The notes beneath the pieces were generated by a model that was given only the letters and a program-made list of their open reading frames with translations, did no database searches and was not told where the DNA came from. A stretch of DNA of 63,594 nucleotides, the filler included, from Octopus bimaculoides (taxonomy: Eukaryota): NCBI RefSeq assembly GCF_001194135.2. It is 7 parts of 7 records of this genome, joined end to end, with 100 filler letters (N's around TTAATTAATTAA, not from the genome) between each part and the next. Parts side by side here need not be neighbours in the genome. Positions count along the whole stretch, not along the records: positions 13,335 to 40,852 come from NC_068989.1; positions 40,953 to 45,565 come from NC_068992.1; positions 45,666 to 55,331 come from NW_026303655.1; 4 more parts are not named here. One strand, 5' to 3'. Shown here piece after piece: positions 40,444 to 54,137 of this stretch; position 1 is the stretch's first letter; each line of letters starts with the position of its first letter. Made by a program: the position numbers and the translations under genes.

Positions 40444-40621
40444 TACACACACACATATATATATATATAGACATACACACACACACACATATAAAACATA
40501 AATGATATGCATATGTATCAATAAATATGTGTGTGTGTGTGTGTGTGAATAGTTTCACAAATATATAGATACATATCATATATATAAACACACGTGTATG
40601 TATAGGGGTCTATACATATAT

Positions 40622-40800
40622 TCTTTTACTTTTACTTGTTTCAGTCATTTGAATGTGGCCATGCTGAAGCACGACCTTGAAGGATTTTGGTCGAACAAAT
40701 CAACCCCAGGACTCTTGTGCCGAATCACTAAGTTACGGAGACGTAAAGACACCAACAGCAGTTGTCAAGCGGTGATGGGGGGACATGCACAGACAGAAAG
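40622..40800 (-). mobile_element. SINE family A, 3' part
   Basis: tacttgtttcagtcatttgaatgtggccatgctg...gttgtcaagcggtgatggggg. Confidence 0.88.
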
Positions 40801-40852
40801 ACACACACATAGGATATATGTATATATATATGTATATGTGTATATATATATA

Positions 40853-40952
40853 NNNNNNNNNNNNNNNNNNNNNNNNNNNNNNNNNNNNNNNNNNNNTTAA
40901 TTAATTAANNNNNNNNNNNNNNNNNNNNNNNNNNNNNNNNNNNNNNNNNNNN
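40853..40952. other. Artificial 100-bp join linker
   Basis: 44 N + TTAATTAATTAA + 44 N. Confidence 0.95.
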
Positions 40953-40954
40953 TG

Positions 40955-41331
40955 TTGCTGCACCTCTTATGTGTCCATAGCTTGCACCCGGTACATCCTC
41001 ATTGACCACCAGATAAGGGATCGGGGGACCCTGTCAAAGGTTTTCTCCATGTCAACGAAAGCCAGGTTCAGAGGTTTATCCTTAGCTAGGTATTTCTCCT
41101 GCAACTGTCTCACTAGAAATAAGGCATCAGTAGTGCTTTTACCTGGCACGAACCCAAACTGCATCTCATCTAAATTGATTCGCTCCCTAATTAGTTGGGC
41201 TATGACCCTCTCTGTAACTTTCATAACCTGATCTAACAGTTTGATGCCTCTGTAATTATTTGTATCTAAAGCGTCACCTTTACCTTTGTAGCAGTTGACT
41301 ATGATGCTGCTACACCAGTCATTGGGTATGA
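40955..41331 (-). mobile_element. RTE-clade LINE reverse transcriptase fragment
   Basis: IPNDWCSSIIVNCYKGKGD...NYRGIKLL...QFGFVPGKSTTDA...FVDMEKTFDRVPR. Confidence 0.93.
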
Positions 41332-41361
41332 GAGGTTATATTTGTATATACTGCGCACGCG

Positions 41362-41403
<42 letters not shown>

Positions 41404-42689
41404 CAAATATAACCTCATACGTACACGTATCCTCAAATTGACATGTATAGCCACGAACACGACTACACTTCCTCTTAATGGACACCTACACTAACAGTAA
41501 AGCAATACCCCTATTATATGTACAATATAGTCACACCAATACAGAAAAGGCACCTATATATATGTAAAGGAGATGAATTTATAAAATAAACTCACATAAG
41601 CATACATGAGTATGCATGTAATCACGGGAGTTCACTAATTATATATGGGTGTATACATATGTAAAATCACAAATATACAAGCAAACGCATCCGCGTGCAC
41701 ATGCCCATGCAAAGGCACACATATATACTCACATGCACACGCATTCACATAAACCATCCATGATTATATAACTACATATACACACACATATATAAATGCA
41801 CAATGGTGTAATAGTTAAGACTGTTGTAAATATTGTTGGTGGGAGGTTTTGGAAAAGTATATCCACAAAAGTTTGTATTAGCAAAAAATGTGTAATATGG
41901 TGACATGATTATCATAAATTGGCGTGTATATATAATGCACACACACAGATTTTATCACTTGGACATAGATAGGGACTGAGTCACATTAAATGTCAAGAAC
42001 AAAAAATTACTACGTGTATATAGATGTGTTCGTGTTACTCTGTGTGTGAGTGTGTAGGTGTGTCGGTAAACACACACACAAACACGCACACACATATAGA
42101 TATGTTTGAATAGGAAATAGAAGTATTCCTAGATTATAAATATCATATATATATATATATATATAAATATACTCACATAAAGTAATACAAAACAATGGGT
42201 CAAGAATGCAAAACATCCAGTTATATGATACAAACGTAAGACGAGAAGAAACAAGAAAACAAGGACGGGTCATTCGGAGATTTTTTTCCTCAGTCGAGTT
42301 CCAGATTATCTTTACAATTTCGGCTGGTTATACTCGAGATTGCGCCAATCTGGCTAGTCCCAAGGAAAACTTAAGCTAAGAGCACAAGCTTCCTTGGAAA
42401 AAGCAGCGAATGTATACGAACATAAAGATGGAAAAAACATAGAAATGGTACACAAATACAAATGCAAATAACAGGATATTAACAACAGGTGTCTTTCGAC
42501 TAAGGACGAATTAAATTATGCTGCAGTGTGTAGAAGTGAAGTCTTACGGCAGGGATATAAGAGTTGACAGGCATGGGGTGGGGTGGAATATAGAAAGATC
42601 ATGATTGATCGCAGCCCAGTCTGCATTATGAAGGTCCATAGTGTCAAATGGATGAACTGGTGAGATGTCACTGGATCTGATCTTTGGGT

Positions 42690-43090
42690 GGTAGATTCTC
42701 AGATCGCAGAGAACCATGTGATAGTCTGAGATTAGTGGTGTGTTTTTCGCACTGCTATATTCAGGACAATGTCAGTGTGTTTACTGAACACTCTGTCCAA
42801 GGGGTTTTTGTGACACCTTGTTGGTTCGGAAACAGGTTGAGTCAGGAAAATCATGAAATCAAAAAGCAATTCCATTGCTTACTTATCAGGTGTTGAGGAG
42901 GAAAAACCTGGTTCAAAGCTGTTTCTGGACCAATCAACACTGGGGGGGGGGGGTTGAAGTCCCCATCATTAATATGTTGTCAGTATGACACTGATGGAAG
43001 AAACACTTAATACTGTTGAGGCATTCCTTGAAGCGTAGTAAAGGAATTAACGCTGGCCTATAGAACCCAACTATTATGTTCTTCGTTTGG
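42690..43090 (-). mobile_element. CR1/L2-type LINE APE endonuclease fragment, decayed
   Basis: IIVGFYRP...NILMMGDFN..VDW...LTQPVSEPTR..NPLDRVFS...ISDYHMV across frameshifts. Confidence 0.8.
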
Positions 43091-43322
43091 GCAAGAATGT
43101 ACCATGAATTTATCAGAAGGTTTATTTCATTCTCAGATTAATTTTCTCTACATATATATGTGCACATACATACATACATGCATACATACATGCATCTCCA
43201 CACTATCCAATGTTAATAACAGATTATGAACTCCTATCGGAATCTACATAGCACAGACAGGATATATCTCTGCCCATTCTACACAGCACTTTCCTAGGAT
43301 AATGGAACTGCAATTGTAACAA

Positions 43323-43362
<40 letters not shown>

Positions 43363-43830
43363 TTCTCTTTTTTCCGCTTATAATTCTACTTTCCGAAATG
43401 ACATCTTTTATTGAACTATGCTATTCCCTTCTACTTAACTATCGCATATCATCTCAGAAACAAATGTAGGACTACCTTTCTCGGTTTCCTTACACTTTAT
43501 TTTTTTTATATTTATGCTCTTGTATTTTTATATATTTTTATTTTTTTAACTCTATCACATTAAATATTTTGTCACCTTTATTATGCATGAATTCATTCCA
43601 TATACTTTTCTTCATTCGACTTCACTCTATTATCCATTTAGGTTTATCATCTTTTATTCGTGTAAATGTGTATATTTTATACTATTGAGTTCTACCATTG
43701 GGTGCCCTATTATTTTAATAAATGTTTATATTCGAATTTTGATAATTTGGGAATGATATAAAGTTATTTTGACCGATTGGAGTGTTTATTCATTATACCG
43801 TTCAATATATATATATATATATATATATAC

Positions 43831-43867
<37 letters not shown>

Positions 43868-45524
43868 NNNNNNNNNNNNNNNNNNNNNNNNNNNNNNNNN
43901 NNNNNNGGGGGGGCTGCCAGAATGATCTATCTATTTCAATATTTCAGTGAAATCGGACATTCTAAAAACTGAATCCTATTGATGTTTATCATGGTTCATA
44001 TGTGACAAAAGTAGAGGAATCTTTAGTTTTGTTTGCAATTTTTTAATTTCTACAGTGTTTATAATTTCATTTCATTCCTACTTGATTCCGTTTATCTGTC
44101 CACGACACCGTTTACTTTTTTATTGTTTTCAATCAATTAGGCTGTAATCATGCACTCTAACACCGTCTATAGGATGGAGCAATAATTTAGCTGAACTTTA
44201 GCAACAATAATTTTGTTTGCAGAACGGGAGATATTTCAAGAAATGTTTCACATGTGCTTTGCAATGCTAAGAATAGATATGAAATTTGCTGGGATTCAGA
44301 CGGAGTACATGTTGACCATTTTCTATAAAATTTTAACATTAAGATTTATATACTTATTTGTTTTGGTATCATATTTAAGCAATGGAGAATATTTTGTCAG
44401 TTTAATTTCGAAATCTGCCCTGTTTCATAGAAATAAATAGTTAATTGTAGGACACGCTGTATATTATAGACTCACACACAACATCATATGCACAGTAACA
44501 CGTATTTTGTAAACATGATAATTATGTACAAAGAATTGCCAGATTAAGGTACAGGAACCATTTTAACAGACACACGTACATTGAAATTAACAAAATTGAA
44601 ATACACTAAACTCACAAGCTAGAATCCATAATTAGTGATGGCGGCAAGAAATCTGTGATAGTGATATTGAGAGTAACCGGGAGATTTACATAATAAATTT
44701 TAACCATATAACCATAAATATATCTAATTTAATTAAATAGACTTAAAAATGATTAATATTTTTAGACAAACACACGCACGCGCACACAGGTACATACATG
44801 CATATATAGGTACGTAAATGCATCAGTATATTCGACCCATACGCAATTGATATATCACATATTAATTTTATATAAACATACACAAAATACATACGTTTAT
44901 ACATACATACCTATATAGTTAGGTATTAATAAGTAGTAATGTTATTACTCCAATCATTACAAAAAATGGAAAAACATAAATTGGTAATAAAATGTAATTA
45001 TCCATTAATAGCAAAAAGTGAATAAAATAAAAGTATTAATAACAATAGGAATAGTAGTAATAATATTAATAAAAATAATGAAATTAATAGTCATAATAAT
45101 GAAGATAATTATTTCTTTAATATAAATATAAATAGTGTAAATTAAAAAAATAATTTTATCAAATAGAAATGTCATAGGAAAAGGTAATGATACAAACAAA
45201 ATATAAAAGAATAATGATACAAAAATTATCATTAATCATAAAGTATGATACATTTGCATGTATATGTATACAGACATAAATATATACACTCTGTTCTGTT
45301 TGTGTATATACACAATCACATATACAACAAAGGGGGAATCGGTGATTATATGTATGCCCTTTCTATTTTGTGATAGTATCAATGCTGGAATGATTTGCTT
45401 ATATGTGCGTGCATGTAAATATATCGGCGTGCGTGGGTTTTGCACACACACAATTACATTTATAGATAAGTATACATATATGTGTACACATATGTATATA
45501 TATATATTTGTGTTCACATATGTG

Positions 45525-45565
<41 letters not shown>

Positions 45566-45665
45566 NNNNNNNNNNNNNNNNNNNNNNNNNNNNNNNNNNN
45601 NNNNNNNNNTTAATTAATTAANNNNNNNNNNNNNNNNNNNNNNNNNNNNNNNNNNNNNNNNNNNN
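45566..45665. other. Artificial 100-bp join linker
   Basis: 44 N + TTAATTAATTAA + 44 N. Confidence 0.95.
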
Positions 45666-45928
45666 AGTACAATTGAAATTCAGCTCAGAACATTAAAGAA
45701 TTGGATGAAATACCCAAGGCATTTTGTTTGATACATTCACAAGTCCACCCACCCACCACCCTTAGAAGTGATGATGATGATGATGATAAGGAGAAAGAAA
45801 TGAGAAAATAGAGACAGAAAANNNNNNNNNNGATGATGATGATGATAAGGAGAAAGAAATGAGAAAATAGAGACAGAAAAGTGAGTGAGAAAAAGAGAAA
45901 GAAAAGAAGAGTGAAAAAAATTACTAAC

Positions 45929-46471
45929 TTGTGACAGTTGAAAACCAAAATTCGAATACTTTCATCAGTAATATTGAAACAGGAACTGATATTGAGATAT
46001 TTCAGTGAGTGGCATTTAAAGGCTACAGTCACCAGCCCAACATTGTGTAACCATGTACAATGGGAGAGGTTCAAGATGGGTGAGGTGAAGACATGTGGTG
46101 GACAGTGTCAGCAACACACAGTCAGAGAGGGCATTGCAATTCTTGAAGGAAACTTTTGAAAGATGGGGGTTACGTTCAATGAGGTAAACAAGAGTGTCTT
46201 CACAGGCACACTGACTGCAATTCTTGAGATTGAGTGATGTCAAATTCTGATTATTTTCTACGATAATGTTGAAGGCTGTCAAAGTGATTTGATCCGAGAC
46301 AGTAGATATATCTAGTTGTTTTAGTGAGCTGAAATAACCTTCAGCTAATCTTTTACAATGAGAATTAACCAAGCGCAAAGAGAAGAGATCTTTGATGCTG
46401 AGATATGGATGGTAGCACTTGCTTCCATAAGACATCTTGCCATGGTAAATCAAGGAAAGTTTTTTCAAAGT
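45929..46471 (-). pseudogene. FBXL15: F-box/LRR protein 15-like coding exon, frameshifted as assembled (pseudogene, null allele or assembly error)
   Basis: TTTTCAG acceptor (AG at 46473-46472) and GTTAGT donor (46928 equivalent position 45928). Removing a CCAT duplication (46405-46412) and one T (46073-46074) gives a stop-free FLDLPWQDVLWKQVLPYLSIKDL...RNPHLSKVSFKNC...LNLSHCTWL...LNISSCFNITDESI, matching FBXL15 as I recall it (FLDLPWEDV, RNPQL, LSLAHCDW). Confidence 0.8.
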
Positions 46472-49400
46472 CTGAAAAATATTTTTAAAAAAATACAGAA
46501 AATTAAAGAGAGAAAGAATAAAGTCATAATGATAGTGATTTTTTTGGCATATAGCTAATTTTGGAAGGTGAGATAGGTAAATTTAGTAATTTAGTTTATT
46601 ACTGTTTCATGTTAGTTAAAATGTTTGACACCTTTCATTCGAAATTTCTGCCATTACAAGAAAAGATCTGACTTCCAACCATAGGTAAAGGAAGACTTAG
46701 AAGGAACTGAATCCAAATTCAAGGATACCNNNNNNNNNNNNNNNNNNNNNNNNNNNNNNNNNNNNNNNNNNNNNNNNNNNNNNNNNNNNNNNNNNNNNNN
46801 NNNNNNNNNNNNNNNNNNNNNNNNNNNNNNNNNNNNNNNNNNNNNNNNNNNNNNNNNNNNNNNNNNNNNNNNNNNNNNNNNNNNNNNNNNNNNNNNNNNN
46901 NNNNNNNNNNNNNNNNNNNNNNNNNNNNNNNNNNNNNNNNNNNNNNNNNNNNNNNNNNNNNNNNNNNNNNNNNNNNNNNNNNNNNNNNNNNNNNNNNNNN
47001 NNNNNNNNNNNNNNNNNNNNNNNNNNNNNNNNNNNNNNNNNNNNNNNNNNNNNNNNNNNNNNNNNNNNNNNNNNNNNNNNNNNNNNNNNNNNNNNNNNNN
47101 NNNNNNNNNNNNNNNNNNNNNNNNNNNNNNNNNNNNNNNNNNNNNNNNNNNNNNNNNNNNNNNNNNNNNNNNNNNNNNNNNNNNNNNNNNNNNNNNNNNN
47201 NNNNNNNNNNNNNNNNNNNNNNNNNNNNNNNNNNNNNNNNNNNNNNNNNNNNNNNNNNNNNNNNNNNNNNNNNNNNNNNNNNNNNNNNNNNNNNNNNNNN
47301 NNNNNNNNNNNNNNNNNNNNNNNNNNNNNNNNNNNNNNNNNNNNCAGCTGATTAGCTACCATGTTGGCTAAGAAAAATGTCAATCCTTTTTCCATTTAAC
47401 AGACAATTCCTGTGGAAAAATAGAAACATTAAATCAATAGAAACTTATTCATCAAACTGAGTCAAGACTGAGCTTAGTATAGTTTAAGTCATGTACAAGA
47501 CACGTTTAATGAGAGTGGAAAAGAGGCAATGTGAATAAATATAATACCTTCAGCAAACTTGAAGATTTTGTAGAATTAAATACATTATTCAAATCCACAA
47601 TGCAATGAGAGTTGAGATAATTGAGCCAGTTGTCCGATATTATTTGCATTTGACCACTTTTCTTCAACAAAGTAAATAGTTAATTTTCTTACAATAAAAG
47701 GCAATTACCTGATTTGTGCTCAGATTTTTCATATCCAACCCTTGTTTCCCAGCAAATTTAAATACTAAATTTTGATAATTACATGAACAAAAGTAATGTG
47801 GAACATACTTGATTATAGCCACAGTGAACTCAGGACCCAAGAGCTGTGTTAGTTCAATACTTTTATCTGTTTAATATGACTATGATGTAGTTGAGATAAT
47901 AAGGCGGTGGTGATACTGATGTTGATTATAATAATATGGTTGTTATAGCAACAAAGATGACATGTTGACAATAATTACACTAATGATGACCAAGATGACA
48001 GTAATGATGATCATCGCCCATATTATCAACATATGAAAATAAATGCCTTCACCCATATCAATGCACATCTTCCTAGTAACAGAACTCATTTGCAACTGCT
48101 GCAGTTTGCAATTATTAGTGAAAAATAAACATTGCAGAATTTTGTGCAGATGCTGCTGAAATTCATAAGAGATGGTTGATTATAATAAAATAAAGATAAA
48201 AATGGGACAGAAGATGAGGAAGGAACAAGTATATCCTGCTGTAGAAAACTATTTTACATTATNNNNNNNNNNATGAGGAAGGAACAAGTATATCCTGCTG
48301 TAGAAAACTATTTTACATTATTCTGTATGAGAGACATCAGCAAATTTCATGAATATCTGTAAGAATTATTTTTCTTTAATAAATTATAGAAATTACATAA
48401 AATACTTTCTTTGTTATANNNNNNNNNNNNNNNNNNNNNNNNNNNNNNNNNNNNNNNNNNNNNNNNNNNNNNNNNNNNNNNNNNNNNNNNNNNNNNNNNN
48501 NNNNNNNNNNNNNNNNNNNNNNNNNNNNNNAAAGGTTTACTAGGTCAGGCTCATACTCATATACTATAAGTCATTAACCACCCCAGCACATTAGTGAAAA
48601 AACCTATTATGTATTCTTTTGTTCTTTGTGGGATAATAAACAACTCACTGAAGGCANNNNNNNNNNNNNNNNNNNNNNNNNNNNNNNNNNNNNNNNNNNN
48701 NNNNNNNNNNNNNNNNNNNNNNNNNNNNNNNNNNNNNNNNNNNNNNNNNNNNNNNNNNNNNNNNNNNNNNNNNNNNNNNNNNNNNNNNNNNNNNNNNNNN
48801 NNNNNNNNNNNNNNNNNNNNNNNNNNNNNNNNNNNNNNNNNNNNNNNNNNNNNNNNNNNNNNNNNNNNNNNNNNNNNNNNNNNNNNNNNNNNNNNNNNNN
48901 NNNNNNNNNNNNNNGAGAATGTTGCATTCCCCTATTCCACTCTGACAAACATGTTGGTACTGTCAGTGTTGCTTAGCACCAGGTCAGCCTTAATCAAAGT
49001 AATGATCACAGCATTCTAATCAAGGTCATTCAATCTTATTGTATATCTATAATTGCATTATCCAATATGTGTGTTTCATGAAATGAAGGACTTGCACCTA
49101 AAATGTTCCTCTTTGATATTCTGACCTAGGAAAGGTTTTGGTTTTTGATTTTGTACAAAACCAACAGTTGTCCAAACTGTGTCCCTTCTTCATGCTACCA
49201 ATGTCCAAGGGAAAAGTAATGGCTGGTATCACTAGGCACAAGAATCATTCACTGCTGGTGTTGCCATTGGAACTGACACCACAAGGCATCCTATATCTGT
49301 TCTAACAGATCTGTCAATCATTAATTACTCTGGCCTGATACTTTATCAACTCTGAAGTGATGAAAGACAAAGCCAACCTTAACAGGACTGGAAACCCAAA

Positions 49401-51189
49401 GTGCAAGGAATTGGAACAAACACAAAGCATTCTATTCAATACTCGAACAATTCTGTACGATATAATTTGAATGAAATTTGACTGTTATTTTTAGCAAGTA
49501 TGGTGATCACACTAAAGCTTGCATGTAGACAATTACTGTAACTCTGTAGTACTATATTGATAGGGTGAGCAAATGTTGGTGAAGTGTTCAACATATTTTC
49601 ATGTAATGCAAAAATTGCAAAACAGCAAGATTCCATTTCTACATACCATATCTGATTTCATGTAATTAAAAAAAATTTAATTTGAAAAATGCATCAGTCC
49701 ATTAGCTGCCATTTTCACTGTTGTTAACTGATAACTGGTTAATATGCATAGCTAATTAATGAGCTGATTAATTAACAAGTCATCTGATTAAATGAAGTGT
49801 TTTGGTTATGCAACTTAACATCAGGATATTCTAGCTCTAGTGAATACAGCCACGTGTGGATAAACTCCTGGTAAAAAGGTAAGAAAACACTTAGGGAAAG
49901 ATTGAGCAACACCAAGAAATGAACAGAAAGGATGCAGATGATGGAAAAAATGAGGCTGGTTGATTGTTGGGAAAATTGGAAATTGTCTCACATTGCAACT
50001 ACAGCCACAGATTATTAAGATCATTATCAATTAACAAATTCACTAAANNNNNNNNNNNNNNNNNNNNNNNNNNNNNNNNNNNNNNNNNNNNNNNNNNNNN
50101 NNNNNNNNNNNNNNNNNNNNNNNNNNNNNNNNNNNNNNNNNNNNNNNNNNNNNNNNNNNNNNNNNNNNNNNNNNNNNNNNNNNNNNNNNNNNNNNNNNNN
50201 NNNNNNNNNNNNNNNNNNNNNNNNNNNNNNNNNNNNNNNNNNNNNNNNNNNNNNNNNNNNNNNNNNNNNNNNNNNNNNNNNNNNNNNNNNNNNNNNNNNN
50301 NNNNNNNNNNNNNNNNNNNNNNNNNNNNNNNNNNNNNNNNNNNNNNNNNNNNNNNNNNNNNNNNNNNNNNNNNNNNNNNNNNNNNNNNNNNNNNNNNNNN
50401 NNNNNNNNNNNNNNNNNNNNNNNNNNNNNNNNNNNNNTGGTACATATTTTATCAATCCTGAAAGGATGAAAGACAAAGTTAACCTCAGCAACATTTGAAC
50501 TCGGAGCATAAAGCTGGTGGAAACACCTCTAACAATTTTGTATGGTGTGCTAACAATTCTGCCAGCTTGCTGGTTTAATGATGATGATGATAATGTTTCT
50601 AATTTAAGCACAAAGCCAACAATTCTGAGTTGGAAGGTCAGACAATTACATCAATTCCAGAATCTAAATGGTATGATAACGAATAAGGTAATATATGAGN
50701 NNNNNNNNNNNNNNNNNNNNNNNNNNNNNNNNNNNNNNNNNNNNNNNNNNNNNNNNNNNNNNNNNNNNNNNNNNNNNNNNNNNNNNNNNNNNNNNNNNNN
50801 NNNNNNNNNNNNNNNNNNNNNNNNNNNNNNNNNNNNNNNNNNNNNNNNNNNNNNNNNNNNNNNNNNNNNNNNNNNNNNNNNNNNNNNNNNNNNNNNNNNN
50901 NNNNNNNNNNNNNNNNNNNNNNNNNNNNNNNNNNNNNNNNNNNNNNNNNNNNNNNNNNNNNNNNNNNNNNNNNNNNNNNNNNNNNNNNNNNNNNNNNNNN
51001 NNNNNNNNNNNNNNNNNNNNNNNNNNNNNNNNNNNNNNNNNNNNNNNNNNNNNNNNNNNNNNNNNNNNNNNNNNNNNNNNNNNNNNNNNNNNNNNNNNNN
51101 NNNNNNNNNNNNNNNNNNNNNNNNNNNNNNNNNNNNNNNNNNNNNNNNNNNNNNNNNNNNNTGATTGATACATAAGAACTTCCAACCCA

Positions 51190-51430
51190 GGCCAATCAAG
51201 GAATCCCCAAGATCACCATCACATCAAGGAAAGTGTCGTTTCCAACAGTCATTCTCTGACTTACAGTTGTATACTTAGAGCAGTCCCATCCAATTTTACC
51301 ATTTTCACAACTCTCGAATTGCAGCTCTGTCAAAGAGTTCAGTGACATAAAGACAAGAGTCGATCTTAAAACCAAAAATTTCAAAACATACAAGACTGTT
51401 GGCTTTAAGAGGTTCAACCTGTATAACATT
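51190..51430 (-). mobile_element. Degenerate CR1/L2-type RT fragment
   Basis: GKIGWDCSKYTTVSQRMTVG...VILGIP resembles G.LL.WI.SYL..R.QRV.V...V.SGVPQG. Confidence 0.5.
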
Positions 51431-51779
51431 GTGATGAAGCCACAAATGCTGAAGTTTACTTACAGCAAGTTGGCTTTAACAAAGACTGTTGTTCTTTAGC
51501 CTCAACTCAGACCTGACTGAACCTACGAATACAATGAAACATTTCTGCCATAACCATTCCATCATTTTAGTAATATCTATGTCTACATTATCCAATGCAT
51601 CCTTCCTTTATTTTCAGATAGCGATGCAGTGATTTCAGGGATATTAGCTGTTATTTCTAGCCAGATGAGCAACCATGCAAAGGTTTGCTCAAAAGTCTAT
51701 CTGATAGCTTGTTTTCAAACCTAATATTACTCCTTGAAAGATGCTCTACTTAGCAGCTGGCAGTACAAACTGTTTTTCA

Positions 51780-52110
51780 TTGACTCAATGGAGTGACTTC
51801 ATCACCAACCAAGACGTGCAACAAGCCAACCAACCTTTGTCTAACTTTGTGTGCAAACATTGTCTGAGCTGGCTGAGTCATGTAATGCAATTCCCAAATG
51901 AAAGACTCACTAACGAAGTCCTTCAATGGAAAACCTATGGAAAAGGACAGACAGGACGCCCAAAGATGAATTGGCACTAAACGATCAACAAGGACATGCA
52001 ACTAATTGACAGAACAGAGTGATGCATTAAGAAATGCAAGGAACAATGATCACTGGCACACTTTGACATCTACATGCATCTCAAAACATGGGAGCCCCTG
52101 AGTAAGTAAC
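51780..52110 (+). mobile_element. RTE-clade LINE 3' end
   Basis: WSDFITNQDV...LSWLSHV...LQWKTYGKGQTGRPKMNW; ends in (GTAA)-like units. Confidence 0.8.
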
Positions 52111-53299
52111 CATCACTGTGCATCGTTGGTTAACTGGCTGATAATTCCCATAAACATCTGACTAACGTAATAATTCCATCTTGTACATGGCTCATTGATT
52201 CTTTTCTCCATCCAGCTTGTAAATGCTGAGGCTAAATATTGTGAATGGAGAAAAGAACCAGCAAACAAATTTCATTGAACAAACTGTAGGTTTAAAATTC
52301 TTACTCAACTACTTTTAGAATTTGGTCTAATTTTTCTGTAGATTTATGGGACCAACACTGAAACAATATTGGAAACTCAATTTACTAGGAAGAGTGCAAC
52401 ATACTTTATTCGAATATTCAAAAGATCTCTCATTCATACTTGCATGGAAAAAAATCAATGCAAAAGCAGTCACAATGCTAACATGAAGATACTTAGTTAT
52501 CTATAAACTTGCAAACAATACTGCTGAATAGATGCAAACTCCTGATCACCAAAACATGTTACCTGTTTTTTTCATTTTCTGTTTAAAGTTTTTCACTTCA
52601 CTGACATTGCTAATTCCTTTGAAATTCACATCCATATTCACTTCTAGTCTGGACCAATTAAGTAGCCTCTACATTGTTGCCTGACCTGCCAGAAATAGAT
52701 TCCAAATCTTTCTTAAAACACACTATCGTCTTTAAAAAGGGAAGAATATATTAGCTGACATAATTCTAAATATACAAGGCTTGAAAAAAAACAGATGGGA
52801 TGGTAATATCCAGAATGGCTTTGTTCATAGATCTGCTCATCAAATGACCTGGAACTACATAATAACAATAACAAAGTTAATCATTCATTGATTTTTGGTG
52901 TTTGATTATATTTGATTTGCATATAAAATAAATAGCTAATAGATCTGAAATATTCACTGAAGACATAAATAATTTATATAATTAAACTAAATTTAAATTA
53001 TATAAATAATATAAATCACCTAGGACACACAGTTAAATTATTTTAATTTCTGTATTAAAACATTGCAGCAGATGTGAAANNNNNNNNNNNNNNNNNNNNN
53101 NNNNNNNNNNNNNNNNNNNNNNNNNNNNNNNNNNNNNNNNNNNNNNNNNNNNNNNNNNNNNNNNNNNNNNNNNNNNNNNNNNNNNNNNNNNNNNNNNNNN
53201 NNNNNNNNNNNNNNNACACCAAATGATATGAAACCTAATACAGAACAAAGAATACATTGTCAGCTAATAATAAACTTCTTTGCAGGAATATTGGAGAAT

Positions 53300-54137
53300 A
53301 TGACTGCACAGGAAGACAAATGCAAAAGAGTATGTGATTTGGTCCACGCACAAGTCAATCCAAAGAGGATCTCTGACATATTTGGAGTATCCTTATGCAA
53401 AGTTTATGAAGTCAAGAAGAGAATGGACATGGGCAACGGCATTCAGAGGATGTCTGGCAGTGATAGGGCCAACAAGCAGCAGAATCAAGACTTTGTCAAT
53501 ACCCTCAAGTCCAAAATTTCAACTGACCCAACCACGTCCATGAGGAAGCTGGCTTCTGAACTTGAAGTGGGCCCCACGACCATCAGAACAGCTGTGAATG
53601 ATGACTTGAGCCTCAAGTCCTACACCAGGACTCTAAGACACCTGCTGACAGAACCTATGATGGTCAGGAGACTGGAGAGGTGCAAAAAGACTCTCACATA
53701 CCTCAAGAAGAACAGGTCCACTGTGAAAAATTTCTCTGACGAGATCTTCACAGTGGATGCCATTGTGAACTGTGGAAACAACTGGTACATTGCAGAGTCA
53801 ACAGCTGACATCAGGGGCACCTTCAGAATAAAACATCCAACCCAAGTCATGGCCTTCGGTGTTGTGGCCTCTGGCAGAAAAAAGATGCCCATCTACTTCT
53901 ACAAACTCAGAGAAAAGGTGAGTGCTGACACCTACTACAAGACGCTGAGGTACCATGTCTTGCCATGGTTTAAGGTCAAGTACCCAGATGAAGCTGTGTG
54001 GACCCAGGATGGTATTTCCAGCCATACTGCCAAGAAGGTACAGAATTTCTGCAAATCCAACTTAGCTGCTTTCTGGTCTGCAGATTTTTGGTCCTCTTCC
54101 AGCCCAGATCTCAACCCTCTGGACTATACTGCGTGGG
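53300..54137 (+). mobile_element. Tc1/mariner-superfamily DD37D (maT) transposase, open to the assembly gap
   Basis: N-terminal HTH-like regions, FSDE, QDG and SPDLNPLDY; I count 37 residues between the second and third Asp. No stop in 53300-54137. TIRs are hidden by gaps. Confidence 0.93.

Noticed and set aside
44222-44440. Acceptor-like site with open frames, as a last exon of a plus-strand gene
   Set aside because: It lies on a different scaffold from the other candidate exons and has no recognisable product.
45666-45928. In-frame continuation of the LRR ORF (VIFFTLLFFL...)
   Set aside because: It lies past the GTTAGT donor and is intronic low-complexity sequence.
21443-48310. Apparent tandem duplications flanking 10-N gaps (near 21483, 45821 and 48263)
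   Set aside because: Identical sequence on both sides of a minimal gap indicates unmerged contig overlaps.
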